Assembly (NCBI RefSeq): GCF_030144855.1
Contig: NC_082716.1
Coordinates: 33,356,001 to 33,420,000 of the forward strand
Source of the DNA: Hypanus sabinus
Lineage: Eukaryota
Reading direction: 5' to 3'
DNA: 64,000 nt
Within the stretch, counting starts at the first letter, position 1. Every line of letters starts with the position of its first letter. The notes under the pieces were generated by a model that did no database searches, was not told the DNA's origin, and was given only the letters and a program-made list of their open reading frames with translations. Made by a program: the position numbers and the translations under genes. Below, one piece after another: positions 12,854 to 26,151 of this stretch.

Positions 12854-14339
12854 TGGTATCCTCTTTAATATTATTGGCTAGCTTACCTCTGTATCTTTTC
12901 TTTCTTAGTTGTCTTCTGTTGGTTTTTAAAAGCTCCCCAATCCACTAACTTCCCGCTAATTTTTGCACTATTATACTCTTGCTTTGATGCTGACTTTGAC
13001 TTCTCTTGTCAGCCAGTTATGTCATCTTGCCTTTAGAATACTTCTTCCTCTTGGGGATGTATATATTCTACATCTTCCAAATTGCTTCCAGAAATTCCAG
13101 CCACCACTGCTCTGTCAAGTGTTCTTTTCCAATCAATTGTGGTCAGCTTCTCCATCATGCCTCTAATTCCCTTTACTCCACTGTAATACTGATACATCTG
13201 ACTTTAGCTTCTACTTCTCAAATTGCAAGGTGAATTCTATTTAATTATGATCACTTCCCCCAAGGCTTCCTCTACCTTAAGCTCTCTAATCAACATGCAG
13301 AATTGTGTGGGCAAGTGATTTCTGAGCTGACACGGGGCCTCCATGTGCTTCCAATGCATAGGCTTATGGTTCTCAATATCATCCACTTCCCCTTCTCCAC
13401 TGTGAGGGGTCATGGGTCAGAGATTCCCAAGAGGAAACCAGTTTTTCCAATGGAGACTTTGAACATATTCTGAACCCATGCATGAATATTTTCCTCTCTT
13501 CACCGTGTAAATTCTACTGTGACAGTGCTCAGAAAAGAATGCTTGCCCCAGGAGTGCGGTCCTAGGTATGAAATTGACCTAATCTTCGCAATAGTAGACA
13601 ACTGCATGCAACTGGGGCCTCAATATTGGGGATGCTGTAAGAATAGTAATATTTGTTTGTCAGTGTTTATGGTAAAATTTAGAATTGTACTGTACTTTGG
13701 TTCATACTTCTAAGCCCTAGTTTAACTCATGAAATTGATGAAATTGTTTGCAGCTATAAAAAATAAAATGGTGGTCTTATAAGGGGACAAATGACCCACA
13801 GGTTGGACTTATAATCCCAATTTAGTTAATTAAATAAATATGGAAAAGTCTATCTTGATTTTAAAACCACCAGATTTTGTGCAAACCCTCTGATAACTTC
13901 CTTAAATGAAAGAAATCTGTTCTGTTCATTGAGTCTGGTCAATGTGTAACTCCAGATCTAGAGTACGTCTGGCTTAATTACCCTTCATACAATTTCATGA
14001 GCCTCCATCACTATGATGACTTTCATATAGTTTCCAGACATCTGGAACCGTTGTTCAAAACTACACCTTCTGGTAGATTTGTATCCCTGTAACTTACATC
14101 CTTATCTCACCTCAAATACAGGGAACTTTGCATGAGACATTACTAGCCTGGCGAAACCAATGCAGTTACACACCAGCAGAAGCCAATGTCACATACAAGA
14201 AAATTAAAATCTGAAACCATTCAACAAAAGTAACGGGTGTAACAAGGTCTCCCCACTCCCCTCCATTTGGTGCCTCTATTAACAAAGAGTTGGTCTCCAG
14301 ACATCAACAGAGATGTTTAAGTCTTGAATCGTGGGACTT

Positions 14340-17198
14340 TTAGTAGATATTTCTCCAGGATGTTCACTAAGGAAAAAATCATGGTTGTTCAAGAGATAAG
14401 GGAAGCAAGTGGAGGTGCTTCGGAAGACATTCATATTACCTGTCAGGAGATATTTGCAGCCTTACAACACATTAAAGCTACAAAAATCTCCAGGTATCTT
14501 TGAGTGTGGGAGTTGATGGAAAACAGAAGAAACTGGAGGTATTTGCTTCAATTATTAGCCACCGAAGTTCCCAAAGACTGGAAAATAGCTACTGGGTTCT
14601 GTTGTTTAAGAAGGGTAACAAGGACGAGCCAGGGAACTGGAAGCCAGTCAGCCATGGTAGAGAGGTTAATGGAAGGAATTCTGAGAGACTGGATCTACCA
14701 GCATTTGGATAGTCAGAATCAGTTTTATTATCACCGGCATATGATGTGAAATTTGTTAACTAAGCAGCAGTTCAATGCAATACATAATCTAGCAGAGAGA
14801 AAAAAATAATAAAACATAATAATAAACAAGTAAATCAATTATGTATATAACCATATAACAATCACAGCACGGAAACAGGCCATCTTGGCCCTCCTAGTCC
14901 GTGCCGAACCCTTAATCTCACCTAGTATATTGAATAGATTATAAAAAAACATAAAAAAATCATTTTAAAAAAGTGAGGTAGTGTCCAAAGCTTCAATGTC
15001 CATTTAGGAATCGGATAGCAGTGGGGAAGAAGCTGTTCCTGAATCGCTGAGTGTGTGCCTTCAGGCTTCTGTATCTCCTACCTGATGATAACAGTGAGAA
15101 AATGGCATGTCCTGGGTGCTGGACGTCCTTAATAATGGACCTGCCTTTCTGAGACACTGCACCCTAGAGATGCCCTGGGTACTTTGTAGACTAGTGCCCA
15201 AGATGAAGCTGACTAGATTTCCAACCCTCTGCAGCTTCTTTCAGTCCTTTGCCCCTCCATACCAGACAGTGATGTAGCCTGTCAGAATGCTCTCCATGGT
15301 ACAACTATAGAAGTTTTTGAGTGCATTTGTTGACATGCCAAATCTCTTCAAACTCCTAATAGAGTATAGCCGCTGTCTTGCTTTCTTTATAACTACATCA
15401 TGTCAGCATGGCTTTGTGTGAAAATTCATGCTTGATGAACCTTTCATTATTTTTGAAGTAGTAACCAAACTTGCAGCTGAGGGCAGGGCAGTAGATGATG
15501 TCTATTTGGACTTCAGCAAGGCCTTTGCCAAGACCCCATATGGTAGGCTGATCTGTAAGGTTAGGTCCCATGTAATTCAGAGACAACTAGTTAGGTGAAT
15601 TCAAATTGGCTCTGAGAAAGGAACCAGAGGGTGGTGATTGATGTTTGTTTTTCAGAATGGAGGCCAGTGATGAGTGCAGGGGTCAGAGCTGGGTCCCTTG
15701 TTATTCATTATTTACACAAATTATTTGTATGCAAATACACAAAGCTTGATCAGCAAGTTTGCAGATGACACGAGATTAGGAAGCGTTATTGATAACTAAA
15801 TTAAGTTATTGCAGTTTACAGGGGATCTTGATTAGTTAAGAAATTGAGCCAAGTCAAGGAAAGGGGCAAGGTGTGGCAAGTGAATGTTAGAATACCTAAG
15901 TGTAAGGTGATGCATGTTGGAAAGTCAAACCAGTATATGACTTATACTAGGAATGATAGGGCACTAGGGAGTGTAATGGAACAGCAGGGCTTAGGAATAG
16001 ATGTGCACAGTTAATTGAAATCAGGATCACAGATAGGGTGGTGAAAAAGATACTTAGCACACTGGCTTTCATCAGTCAAGGCACTAAGCAGAGGAGCTGG
16101 GACATAATGTTGCGTTATTTAAGTAGTTAATGAAACCCCACTTAGAGAACAGTACTGTGACAAACGAAAAAATCTGCAGATGCTGGATATCCATGCAACA
16201 CACACAAAATGCTGAAGGAACTCAGCAGGCCAGGCAGCATCTGTTGAAAAGAGTACAGTGGACATTGCAGGCCAAGATCCTTCATGAAGTATACAGTTCC
16301 GGTCACCCTGCTACAGGAAAAGATGTTAAACTGGAAAGAGTGCAGAAAAGATATACAGTGTTGCCAGAATTAGAGGATGTGATTTACTGTATAGGGGAAA
16401 GGTTGCCATACCAGGTCTTTATTCCTTGGAACATACAAGAGTGAGGGCCAAAGTTATAGAAACGTTTAAAATTATGAGGTGAAAGGTAACAGTCTTTTCC
16501 CTGGGATGAGGAAGTACAAGATTAGGGGCTAAAAATTTAGGGTGAGAAGGGGAAGATTTTAAAGTGATGAGTGTTAACCTTTTCACAAAGAGCATGGTGG
16601 ATATATGAAATGAGCTGCCAGAACAAGCAGCTGAGGCAATTACCAAAGTATTATTTAAGAAGCACTTGGATGGGTGCATGGCAGGGCAGAGCTTAGAGTG
16701 GTATGTGACACAGGAAAAAGGGACTAGCTAGGTGGGCATCAAGACTGGCATAGACTCGTTGAGCCAATGTACTTGTATCAGTACTGTGTTGCTGTATAAC
16801 TGACAAGAATATCCAAGACAAGAATAATAGACTGGAATATCACCTCCACAGAGTGCATGTGGAGAGGATGTTTCCTATGGTGGGACAGTCTAAGACCAGA
16901 TCTGGGACACAGCCTCAGAACAGAGGGACGTCCTTTTAGAATTGAAATGAGGAGAAACGTCTTTAGCCAGAGAGTGGTGAATCTGTGGAATTCTTTGCCA
17001 TGAGCAACTGTGGAGGCCAAGTCTTTATGTATACTTCAGGCAGAGGTGGATAGATCCTTGATTGATCAGGGCATGAAGGGATATGGGGAGAAGGCAGGAG
17101 ATCGGGGCTGAGAGGAAAATTGGACCAGCCATGATGAAATGGCAGAGTAGACTCGATGGACCAAATGACCTAATTCTGCTCCTATATCTTATGGTCTA
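14340..17198 (+). mobile_element. CR1 LINE fragments with a nested minus-strand Rex-like fragment (about 14713-15397) and a PLE tail (about 16160-16290)
   Basis: EVPKDWKIA, DDVYLDFSKAF, SKFADDT and KLERVQKR motifs; a separate CR1 3' end at about 16840-17198. Confidence 0.75.
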
Positions 17199-17602
17199 AT
17201 AAAAAAAGTATGCATATTTCCAACCGAAAGCAGAATTGTTCAACGTAAAATTTAAAAATTAACACGTTGATTACAGGTTTTAATCATTAGAAGCGTTATA
17301 AGTACATTTCTGACTATAAATGCGGGCTTTTAAACTACACACACTTACGCTAATTAACCAACATACCACCACACCGCAGAGAAAATCATCCTATGAGATG
17401 GTGTGACGGTCTGAAACTAGAATGAAACTGGCAAGTATTTATTCTCAGTCGTCCACTGACAGTTTCGATCATTTCATCAGGAACGAACGGGTGAACGAGA
17501 AAATGAGAACTAACATGAAGCCACATGTTTCCATGGCGCCTTAAAACCATCGAGGAGTTCAAGTGCTGCAGTCTCGTTAATGGGGATAAACACAGATCTT
17601 AC

Positions 17603-17917
17603 CTCCACTTCTACCACCTCGTCATAAGCGGGTGGCGGATCAAACCCACTCCGACTGTAGTCTCCTCCACCTCCGTTTCCTCCACCACCACCTCGGGAAC
17701 CGGTCCCTCCACCGCCGCCCCCTCCTCCGCCACTGCCGCCCACCTGGCGGTCGCCGCTCTCCATAGGTTCGTAGCCCAGGCCAGGGCTCTCGTTAGTGAG
17801 GAGGGCCACCGCCTCGTTAATATCGTTCTTGGCCATACGGAGCGCCTTGCGGATGGCGGCTGGCTCCGAGAAGCCCATGCACAGTAGCGTCGTCATGTGC
17901 TCTTCCTCCACATCCAT
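17603..17917 (-). CDS. USP24: Ubiquitin carboxyl-terminal hydrolase 24, first coding exon (UBA domain plus Gly-rich linker); gene continues left of the window
   Basis: MDVEEEHMTTLLCMGFSEPAAIRKALRMAKNDINEAVALLTNESPGLGYEPMESG...poly-Gly...GFDPPPAYDEVVEVE closely matches the recalled human USP24 N-terminus. GC-rich; 315 nt ending at phase-0 donor GAG|GTAAGA. True ATG at 17917 (the ORF track starts at an upstream GTG). Confidence 0.95.
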
Positions 17918-18099
17918 CCCGGCGGACACAGTCTGTCACTTCAGTCCTATTCTTCCATACAGTCTGCACCAATACAGGTTCTCTGCCTCAGGGTGATGGC
18001 TCACCAGATGTCCGATTCCCACCTAAGTGTAGCACGAACGGAGAATGGCTTAAACGTGTTGTTATTTCTGAATAACTAAAACAGTTATACAGAATCCGA

Positions 18100-18285
18100 A
18101 ATACACGGCGCCATGTTGACAAAAGCAGCTTCCGGTTCCTACTTCGCCAGGCGAAGCCGCTCCCAGTTAATCGGAAATGACATACAGCCTATCTCCAGAC
18201 CTGAGGTCACCATCTTTGTAAAGGAGCTGCTCTGAGCGCCATCTTTCTACAGGACCATTGCCGCGCCATCTTTGTAAAGGAATGG
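18100..18285. promoter_or_regulatory. USP24 proximal promoter (YY1-like and ETS motifs, three direct repeats)
   Basis: CGGCGCCATGTTG (YY1-like, 18106-18118), CTTCCGG (ETS, 18129-18135), and three CCATCTTT(G/C)TA(A/C)AGGA repeats at 18210, 18239 and 18266. Confidence 0.6.
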
Positions 18286-19607
18286 TTGTCTCTTCAATGC
18301 CTTCGGTTTGATGAAAGGATTTCCATCTCAAAGTTAATTCTGTGTTTCTGAGCACAAATGTTGGCAGATCTGATCATTGTTACAGTATTTTCTCCTTTTA
18401 TTTCGGAATTACAGTATCTGGCACGTAGTTGAGTGGCTCTAAATGCTAGAAATCTTCCTGGACAGATGTGATGCACAGTTAATTATGGAACAAAGTTGGG
18501 TTACATTTTATACATTTACTTCGATTTTGTTAGCTTGTAGAATTGTTACTTTAAGAGGAGGCCATTCTACTATAGCTGAGTCTATTCAGCTTTTATATTT
18601 ATATTTGCCTTTCAAAGGGAAATATTTTGATTGCTGTTAGTGTTACTAGAGTAACTTATATGTCTTGGTTATTTATCGGATAATTTGGAAGAACTAGCAG
18701 AAGATCATGGAATGTAAATGTGCTAATAAAAATAAATAAAATAGCCACCATTCCAAAGTTCTACTTTAGATTCCTATATTTGAAGAAGCTGCCGTAAAAT
18801 TAAGCCGCTAGATCAATCTGATATAACTTTTTAATTTTCATTTTATAGGCTATGACAGTTGTTCACAAAGCTAAGTTTAAAGTCCATCCCTAATAGCCAT
18901 AATAATGAAGAGATTCACCACTAGAAAGGAGGGTCTTAAAGAGTATCAGAGGGCAGAAATGAGTGCAGTCATTATTACTGAGGAAAAGGTGCTTGCAAGC
19001 TGAAGGGTCTTAAGGTAGATAAGTCACCTGGACCAGATGGACTACACCTCAGGTTTCTGAAAGAAGTACATAAAGTGATGACAATGATACTGACCTTTCA
19101 AGAATTATTAGATTCTGGAATGGTTCTGGAGGACTGGAAAACTGCAACTGTCACTCCACTCTATAAGAAGGGAGGGAGGAAAAGAGCAGGATATTATTGG
19201 CCAGTTAGCCCGACTTCAGCAGTTGGCATTATTAAGGATGAAGTTTTGCGGTACTTGGAGGCATATGATAAAATAGCCAAAAGTCCTTATGACATCTTTA
19301 AGGGACATTTTGCCTGGCAAATCTGTTTGAATTCCCTGAGAAAATAACAGGCAGGATAGACAAAAGATACTCAGTGGATGTTGCTTACTTGGGTTCTCAG
19401 GTGATGCCCAGGAGGCTGCTAAACATGATAAGAGCCCGTGTACTACATGAAAGAGACTAGCAGATTGGCTGACTGGCAGGAGGCAAAGAGCTGCCGGTGA
19501 CTAGTGGTGTTCCATAGGGGTTGGTGTATGCACTGCTTCCTTTCACGTTATATGTCACTATCTAGAAGATGGAATTGAAGACTGTCACCAGGTTTGTGAT
19601 GATACAA

Positions 19608-21450
19608 GTACTTACTGCACCACATGACATAGGGCTTACATTGCTGGCAATCAGCTGGAGCTCAGGAAAAGCAGCTACGATCTGTGCAAAGCTATCAAGG
19701 CTGTGAAACAACAATACAGGGAAAAGATTGAGTCAAATTTCACAATGAATAGCACTAGTGATTTGTGGCGAGGGTGCATACTATCGCAGACTTCAAAGCC
19801 AAACGTAGTGGTGCCGCCAACGTCGCAGCCGTTCTCCCTGATGAGCTCAATCGCTTTTACACTCGGTTCGATGTCTGAGCCTCCGAGGAAAGCCGTCGCT
19901 ACAACCTGCAACCTGGTCATCTCTGAGGCTGAGGTACGCAGATGTTTCCAATGAGTGGACAATTGCAAGGCTGCAGGACCAGATGGCATCCCAGGGCGAG
20001 TGCTCAGGATGTGCACAGCACAACTGGCAGGTGTGTTTACTGATATTTTTAATCTTTCCCTCTCCCAGTGTAGAGTGTCCTCCTGCTTCAAATTATCCAT
20101 CATTGTCCCGGTACCAAAAATCACCAAGGTAACATGCCTAACAACTGGCGTCCTGTCACAATCTCCTCAATAATAAGCAAGTGCTTTGAGAGGCTGGTCA
20201 AGGATTACAACTGCAGCTTGCTACCACCCAAGCTGGATCCCTACAATTCACCTACCGAAGCAACTGATCGACAGACACCACAATAGCCACTGCTCTACAT
20301 ACCATCCTTACACATCTGGAGAAGAGGGATGCTTATGTGAGGATGCTGTTCTTGGACTACAGTTCAGCATTCAACACCATAGTTCCATCCAGGCTTGACA
20401 AGAAGCTCAGTGACCTTGGCCTTGACCCTGCCTTGTGCAGCTGGTTCCTGGACTTCTGGTTAGATCACCAACAGGTTGTAAGAGTGGGCTCCCTCACCTC
20501 TGCTCCTCTGACTCTCAACACATGAGCCCCTCAGGTCTGCATACTGAGTCCCTTCCTTTACTCCCTGTATACCCATGACTGTGTCACCACCCACAGCTCT
20601 AATCTGCTAATTAAATTTGCCAAGGACACTACATTAATTGGCCTTATCTCAAACAATAACAAGGTGACCTGTAGAGAAGGAGTCATCTCTCTGACACAGT
20701 GGTGTCATGAAAACAACCTCTCCCTCAATGTCACAAAAACAAAGGAGCTGGTTGTGGATTACAGGAGGAATGGAGATGAGCTAAGCCCTATTGACATCAA
20801 TGGATCTGAGGTTGAGAGTGTGAACAGCTTTAAGTTCCTCAGCATCCACATCACTGAGGACCTCAAGTGGTCTGTACACACCAGCTGTGTGGTGAAAAAG
20901 GCACAACAGTGCCTCTTTCACCTCAGACGGTTGAGGAAGTTTGGTGTGGGCCCCCAATGCCTAAGAACTTTCTACAGGGGCAGAATTGAGAGCATCCTAA
21001 CTGGCTGCATCACTGCCTGGTATGGGAACTGTACCTCCCTCAATCGCAGGACCCTACAGAGAGTGGTGCGGACAGCCCAGCGCATCTGTAGTTGTGAACT
21101 TCCCACTATTCAGGACATTTACCAAGACAGGTGTGTAAAAAGGGCCCGAAGGATCATTGGGGACCTGAGTCACCCCAACCATAATCTATTCCAGATGCTA
21201 CCATCCGGGAAACAGTACTGCAGCATAAAAGCCAGAACCAAAAGGCTCCAGGACAGCTTCTTCCACCAGGCCATCAGACTGATTAACTCACACTGATTTG
21301 AGTGTATTTCTGTGTTACATTATCTGTTTTATTTATTATAAATTATAAATTACTATAAATTGCACATTGCATATTTAGATGGAGACATAATGTATAGATT
21401 TTTACTCCTCATGTATGTGAAGGATGTAAGAAATAAATTTAATTCCATTC
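19608..21450 (+). mobile_element. Rex1/Babar non-LTR retrotransposon, 5'-truncated, decayed RT
   Basis: KAAGPDGIPGRVLR, RMLFLDYSSAFNTIVP, NNLSLNVTKTKELVVDYR, KKAQQCLFHLRRLRKF and ESILTGCITAWYGN motifs; 3' tail AATAAATTTAATTCCATTC. Confidence 0.9.
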
Positions 21451-21955
21451 AAACCAGAATCAGGTTTAACGTCACTGGTGTATGTTGTGAAATTTGTTGG
21501 TTTGCGGCAGCAAATTACTTAATTTTAAAAACCTATAAATTATATTAAGAAATGTGTGTGTGTTAATTGTCCATTCAGAAATCTGATGGCAGAGGGGAAG
21601 AAGCTGTTCCTGAAACACTGAGTTTGTGTCTTTAGGCCCTTTTACCTTCTCCTTAATGGTAGCATTGAGAAGAGGACATGTCCAAGGTGATGGGGGGCCC
21701 TTAATGATAGATGACACTTTTTTGATCGTTGCCTTTCGAAGCTGTCCTCATTGCTGGGGAGTGTAGTGTCCATGATGGAGCTGGCTGAGTTTACAACTTT
21801 CTGCAGTTTTTTCTGATCCTGTGCTGTGGTTCCTGCATACCAGATGTGAAGCAATCAGTCAGAATGCTCTCCATGGTACATCTGTAGAAATTTGTGACAG
21901 TCCTTGGTAACATAGTAACAAACTCCAAATGAAATACAGCCACTGTTGTGCCTTC
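21451..21955 (-). mobile_element. Rex-like 3' fragment in opposite orientation
   Basis: Minus-strand WYAGTTAQDQKKLQKVVNSA and HHLGHVLFSMLP. Confidence 0.7.
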
Positions 21956-22279
21956 AGTTATCGACAGGTGGAGGGGCAGCGTTGATGAAGCAGGAAGCCT
22001 GCAAAAGGACTTGGACAGATTGAATCAATGGGTAAAGAAGTGGCAGATGGGATAGAGTGTAGAAAGTATCTGGTCATGCACTCTGGTAGGGGGAACAAAG
22101 TCAGACTGTTTTCTAAACAGGAAGAAAATTCTGAAAGCGGGGGTGAAAAGGGACTTCAGAGTACTAGTACAGGATTTCTTGAAGATTAACTTGCAGGTTC
22201 AGTAAGGAAAAGAAATGCAATATAAGCATTCATTTCAAAAGGGCTAGAATATAAAAGCAAAAAGTAATGCTGACACTTC

Positions 22280-23397
22280 TGTTATGTACATGCAACCCTG
22301 TAAAAGCATCAGCAGCAGTAGAACTCACCTGGAGTCTGGTTTTGCTGTTAACAATCACTATTTTATTAGTAACTATGTCATAGCAACTTAAAACCAGATA
22401 ATCCAAGGGTTAGCAGTGTTATGCATATATAGGTGTAAAAATAAAGTTCCCAAACTTATTCAAGCTTAAGTGGTAAGTAATACAGTCTTACAATGGTATG
22501 TAAGAAAGTTCTGTTCAGTTCAATGCACAAAATTGAGGTGAGAGAAAGTTATTTGTAAGCTGAAAAAACAGGTTTTGTTGATCTTCCCGTTGTCCTCCGA
22601 ATCCTCACACAAAATATCACCAACAGTAGCTTATCAGAAAGGGGACCATCTTCAAGGGAACTACCACCCAGGCAAGAGTCGACACACCGGTAGATTCCAC
22701 CCAGTTACCCCAATCACACACAACGTGATAGCCACCTATCCAGTTCCACGACATACAAAATAACTCCAACAGTGATTTGCCATAGGGGTGCCTTTCGTCA
22801 GTGAACTACCACCCAGACAAAGGGTAAACACACACATGGTATTCACAAAGGTTTCCCCTCACCAGAGAACCCACTCCTGTGGATTAACGAAGTGACAATC
22901 ACACTTTTGTATCTGAATGGAAATGAACTCACCCTCAAGGGCTACTTGGAAAGAGAGTCCAAACAGTGATCTCTTTGTCACTCAGTTTCTTCTGTGTCAA
23001 ACCTTTCTCTCCTCTCTCTTCCCTGCAAATTTCTTCTAGCTGCAGCACTCATGAGAGTCACTTATCAATACTCTGGATTGATCTCAACTCACCCCTTTTG
23101 GGCTACTGAAAGTTTAAACCAGCGACCGACTCACTGGTGTCTTCCATTGACGGAATCCATCTTGACTCTGAGCATGTGTCTTTCTCTGTGTGTGTCTCTG
23201 TATCCTTGTATATTCAAAACAAGCCACAAGAAACCATGAACATTTGTTGTCCATCAAATAACTCCACCTCTCTCACCATAGTAACCAAGCAATCTTGTAG
23301 TCAGTAGAAATACAACAGTGTCTAAAAGTCCGTCTCATTCTCCCGGCGTTTTAAAGTGACAGTCCACAGAAGAAATGAACCCTGGGGGTAAATAACA
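22280..23397. mobile_element. Solo LTR (Gypsy-like), about 1.1 kb
   Basis: Starts TGTTAT and ends ATAACA (TG...CA). 4-bp flanks CTTC/CTTT. Interrupts the CR1 sequence GTAATGCTGACA|CTTTATGAAGCATTAGTCAGAC. No coding remnant recognised. Confidence 0.7.
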
Positions 23398-23618
23398 CTT
23401 TATGAAGCATTAGTCAGACTGTATTTGGAGTATTGTGAGCAGTTTGAACTTCTTATCAAAATGAGGATGTGCAGAGAGGGTCTGGAGGATGAAGAATGAT
23501 CCGCAGAATAAAAGGGTTAGCATATGAGGAGCATTTGATGGCTCTCAGCCCGCACTGGAATTTAAAAGAATGGGGGGGGGGTCTCATTGTAATCTATCGA
23601 ATATTGAAAGGTCTAGAT

Positions 23619-23698
23619 CAGGGGTTCCCAACCTGGGGCCCACGGATCCCTTGGATTACGGTAAGGCTCCATAGCATAAAAGAGGTTGGGAACCCCTT
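23619..23698. mobile_element. hAT-type MITE nested in CR1
   Basis: AGGGGTTCCCAACCT / AGGTTGGGAACCCCT TIRs; 8-bp TSD GTCTAGAT/GCCTAGAT. Confidence 0.8.
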
Positions 23699-26151
23699 GC
23701 CTAGATAGAATGGACATGGGGAGGATGTTTTCAATATTGAGGGAGCCTAGGATCAGAGAGCACAACTTCAGAATACAAGGATGTTGCTTTAGAATATAAA
23801 TTCCTTTAACCCGAGGAGTGTGAATTTGTGGAACTCATTGCCACGGAGGACTGTGGAGGCCAAGTCATTGAATATATTTAAAACAGAGGTTGATGGGTTC
23901 TTGATTAGTAAGAACATCAAAGTTTGTGTGGAGAAGGCAGGAGATGGGGTTGAGAGGGATAATAAATCAGCCATGGTTGAATGGTGGAACAGACGCAATG
24001 GGCCAAATGGCCAAATTCTGCTCTTATGTCTTATGGTCAAACAACAAAGATCTCATCGCCAATCTCTGTAGAGCAGCACTGGTTTCAGACGCAATCATAA
24101 AAGCAACCCTCCATCGCTGTCCTCTGCCTCCTATCATTGGATCCAATGTGCTTTCAACCTTTTCATGACAGCACTGTCTGTGACAGCTTCCATTGCTCTA
24201 GGCAATAGTCTGTCTAACTAGATGGTAAATAATTAGCCAGCTTTGTTTTGTCCTTTTTGAGAATAGAATACCGAGGGCATTTTTTTTACATTTTCCAGTA
24301 ACTACTAGTGTGGCTGGAACACAAGTCTGCATACAATGACAGGATGTTGTTTGGTCCATAAGCTCTTGTTGTCTGCAATGAAGCAAATTGACTGACAGCT
24401 GACTTCTTTGATGGTAGGAATCTGAGAGGAAGTGGAGTTGAGTCACTCATTGGAAGTAGAATATCTAACGATGTATGATACATGAAATCACGAAGAAAGG
24501 AGTCCTTAACATTTAAGGTGTTTCATTTTTGAATGTCAGGGGTGTCTTTCCCTTTAAGCTTTAAAGATTTGTGGTTATTATAACTCCTTTGCAATATATC
24601 ATCCCAGGCAATGCATTTAATGTCAAACAAGAAAGAGAAAAATGATTCAGTCTTCCGTACCAGTGACCCAAGTTCAATTCCCACTGCTGCCTGCAGGGAG
24701 CTTGTACCTTCATCCCATGGCCGTGTAGGTTTCCGCTGGGTGTTCTGGTTCCCTCCCACAGTCTAAAGATGTGATGGTTGGATGGTTAATTAGTTATTGT
24801 AATTGTCCTGTGATTAGGCTAGGATGATGAAGCGTCTCAGCCCAAAATGTCAACTGTTTACTTTATCCATAGATGCTGCCCGGCTGCCAGTTCTTCCAGC
24901 ATTTTGTGTGTGTTGATTAAATCGGGATCACTGGTTGGCACAGTTCAAAGGGCTGGAAGGGCCTATTCCATGCTGTATCGCAATAAATAAATATTTTTAA
25001 ATTCATAAGAAATACTTTAAATGCTTTAAGTATTTTATATACATTGATTTATTATTATTGTAAACAATGTTGCTTAGTTACAACATTAGTAAGCTCTTCA
25101 CTAGAGAAGGTGAATTACTAACCTTTACACCGGTTAAGCAAAATATAAAATGAGCTGTTCTGTGACAATTCAATCACCAAAAAATATATAAATTTAAACC
25201 AATGATCTTTACAATAGATGGGTATTGATTTTCTAAGTAATCATTGTTTAAACGGTGGAGGAATGAGGTTTGCTGGGTCACTGTATGGATTTTGTTTTAC
25301 TCCTGCTCAGTTGTTTGATAATCATAAACACCCAATCAGTAATTCAGGTTGGCATTCGTCGGATTTTTGCTTAAGGCTTCTCAGTAATGTGCTTACAATT
25401 CAATCAAAGTTGAAAAGTCTAATAGAGGTTCCCTTGTATTAAAGAAATTAGCTGATTAACTAAGAAATTTTATCTGTTTGCAGACAAAATGAATCGTGGT
25501 TAATATGTGCCAATAAAAGCTGTTAATCTACTGCATGGTATCTGAACAGGAATTGTTCAGATATCATTCAGGAAATACTTTGTTTTATCAGAATCTTTAT
25601 TTAGAGTACTACCACAGAAGAGAAAATAAACTGACAAGTAAATGATACTGTATTATTCCATCTAAAGATTACGATGGTTAATATTTTATAATTAGTTTAC
25701 AAATAGTGTTTTTACCACTAAGAGGGTTACACTGCAAATGCTTGACCACAGAAACTCTAGGCTGTTCTAGTGTGTCACTTACTAAGGTAAATCGAAAAGC
25801 TACAGCTATCAGAAGAACATTATTTAACTGTTATTAACAATTCTGTCGGGTTCCACAATAATCAAAATGGCACCAATTCTGTTTCTTAAAGGTATTCTTA
25901 GCAATTATGTGTCCTACATCCCCTTCTAGACAAAAATCTCTTACAGACCATCAATTAGTTACAAACTGGAAATTTTATATATGTATTTAAATAATTAGTA
26001 ATGTAGCTTAATATGTATATTAGTGACATATGAGGTAACATTATTAATAATTTACAGAGACACATAAATATAATTAAAACTTGACAAATTATACCATCAT
26101 TCATTCAGTCCCTTTGTCTTCAAATCTAGAAAAAACTTCACTCTTTTTCTT

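Larger units (their letters stand above)
10061..13292 (-). mobile_element. CR1 LINE (decayed, interrupted by Tigger and Penelope insertions)
   Basis: Minus-strand RT fragments ([39 protein letters not shown]). Boundaries approximate. Confidence 0.85.
18900..24040 (+). mobile_element. CR1 LINE host carrying four nested insertions
   Basis: KSPGPDGLH, EDWKTATVTPLYKKG, LDRLNQWVKKWQM and NLWNSLPRRTVEA are collinear CR1 ORF2 pieces separated by the nested elements listed below. Confidence 0.85.

Noticed and set aside
1-17602. Further USP24 exons
   Set aside because: No match seen by eye to the expected next exon (EFPTTNLYELE...IPYKREESLGKCL); treated as intron 1. A small exon could have been missed.
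17525-17996. Plus-strand ORFs overlapping USP24 exon 1
   Set aside because: Antisense shadows of a GC-rich coding exon; no recognisable protein.
18210-18281. CRISPR-like repeat-spacer array
   Set aside because: Vertebrate promoter context, only three 16-bp repeats with 11-13-bp spacers, no cas genes.
20664-21296. 210-aa ORF as a host gene
   Set aside because: It is the C-terminal part of a Rex1 RT; the upstream portion is frameshifted and has stops.
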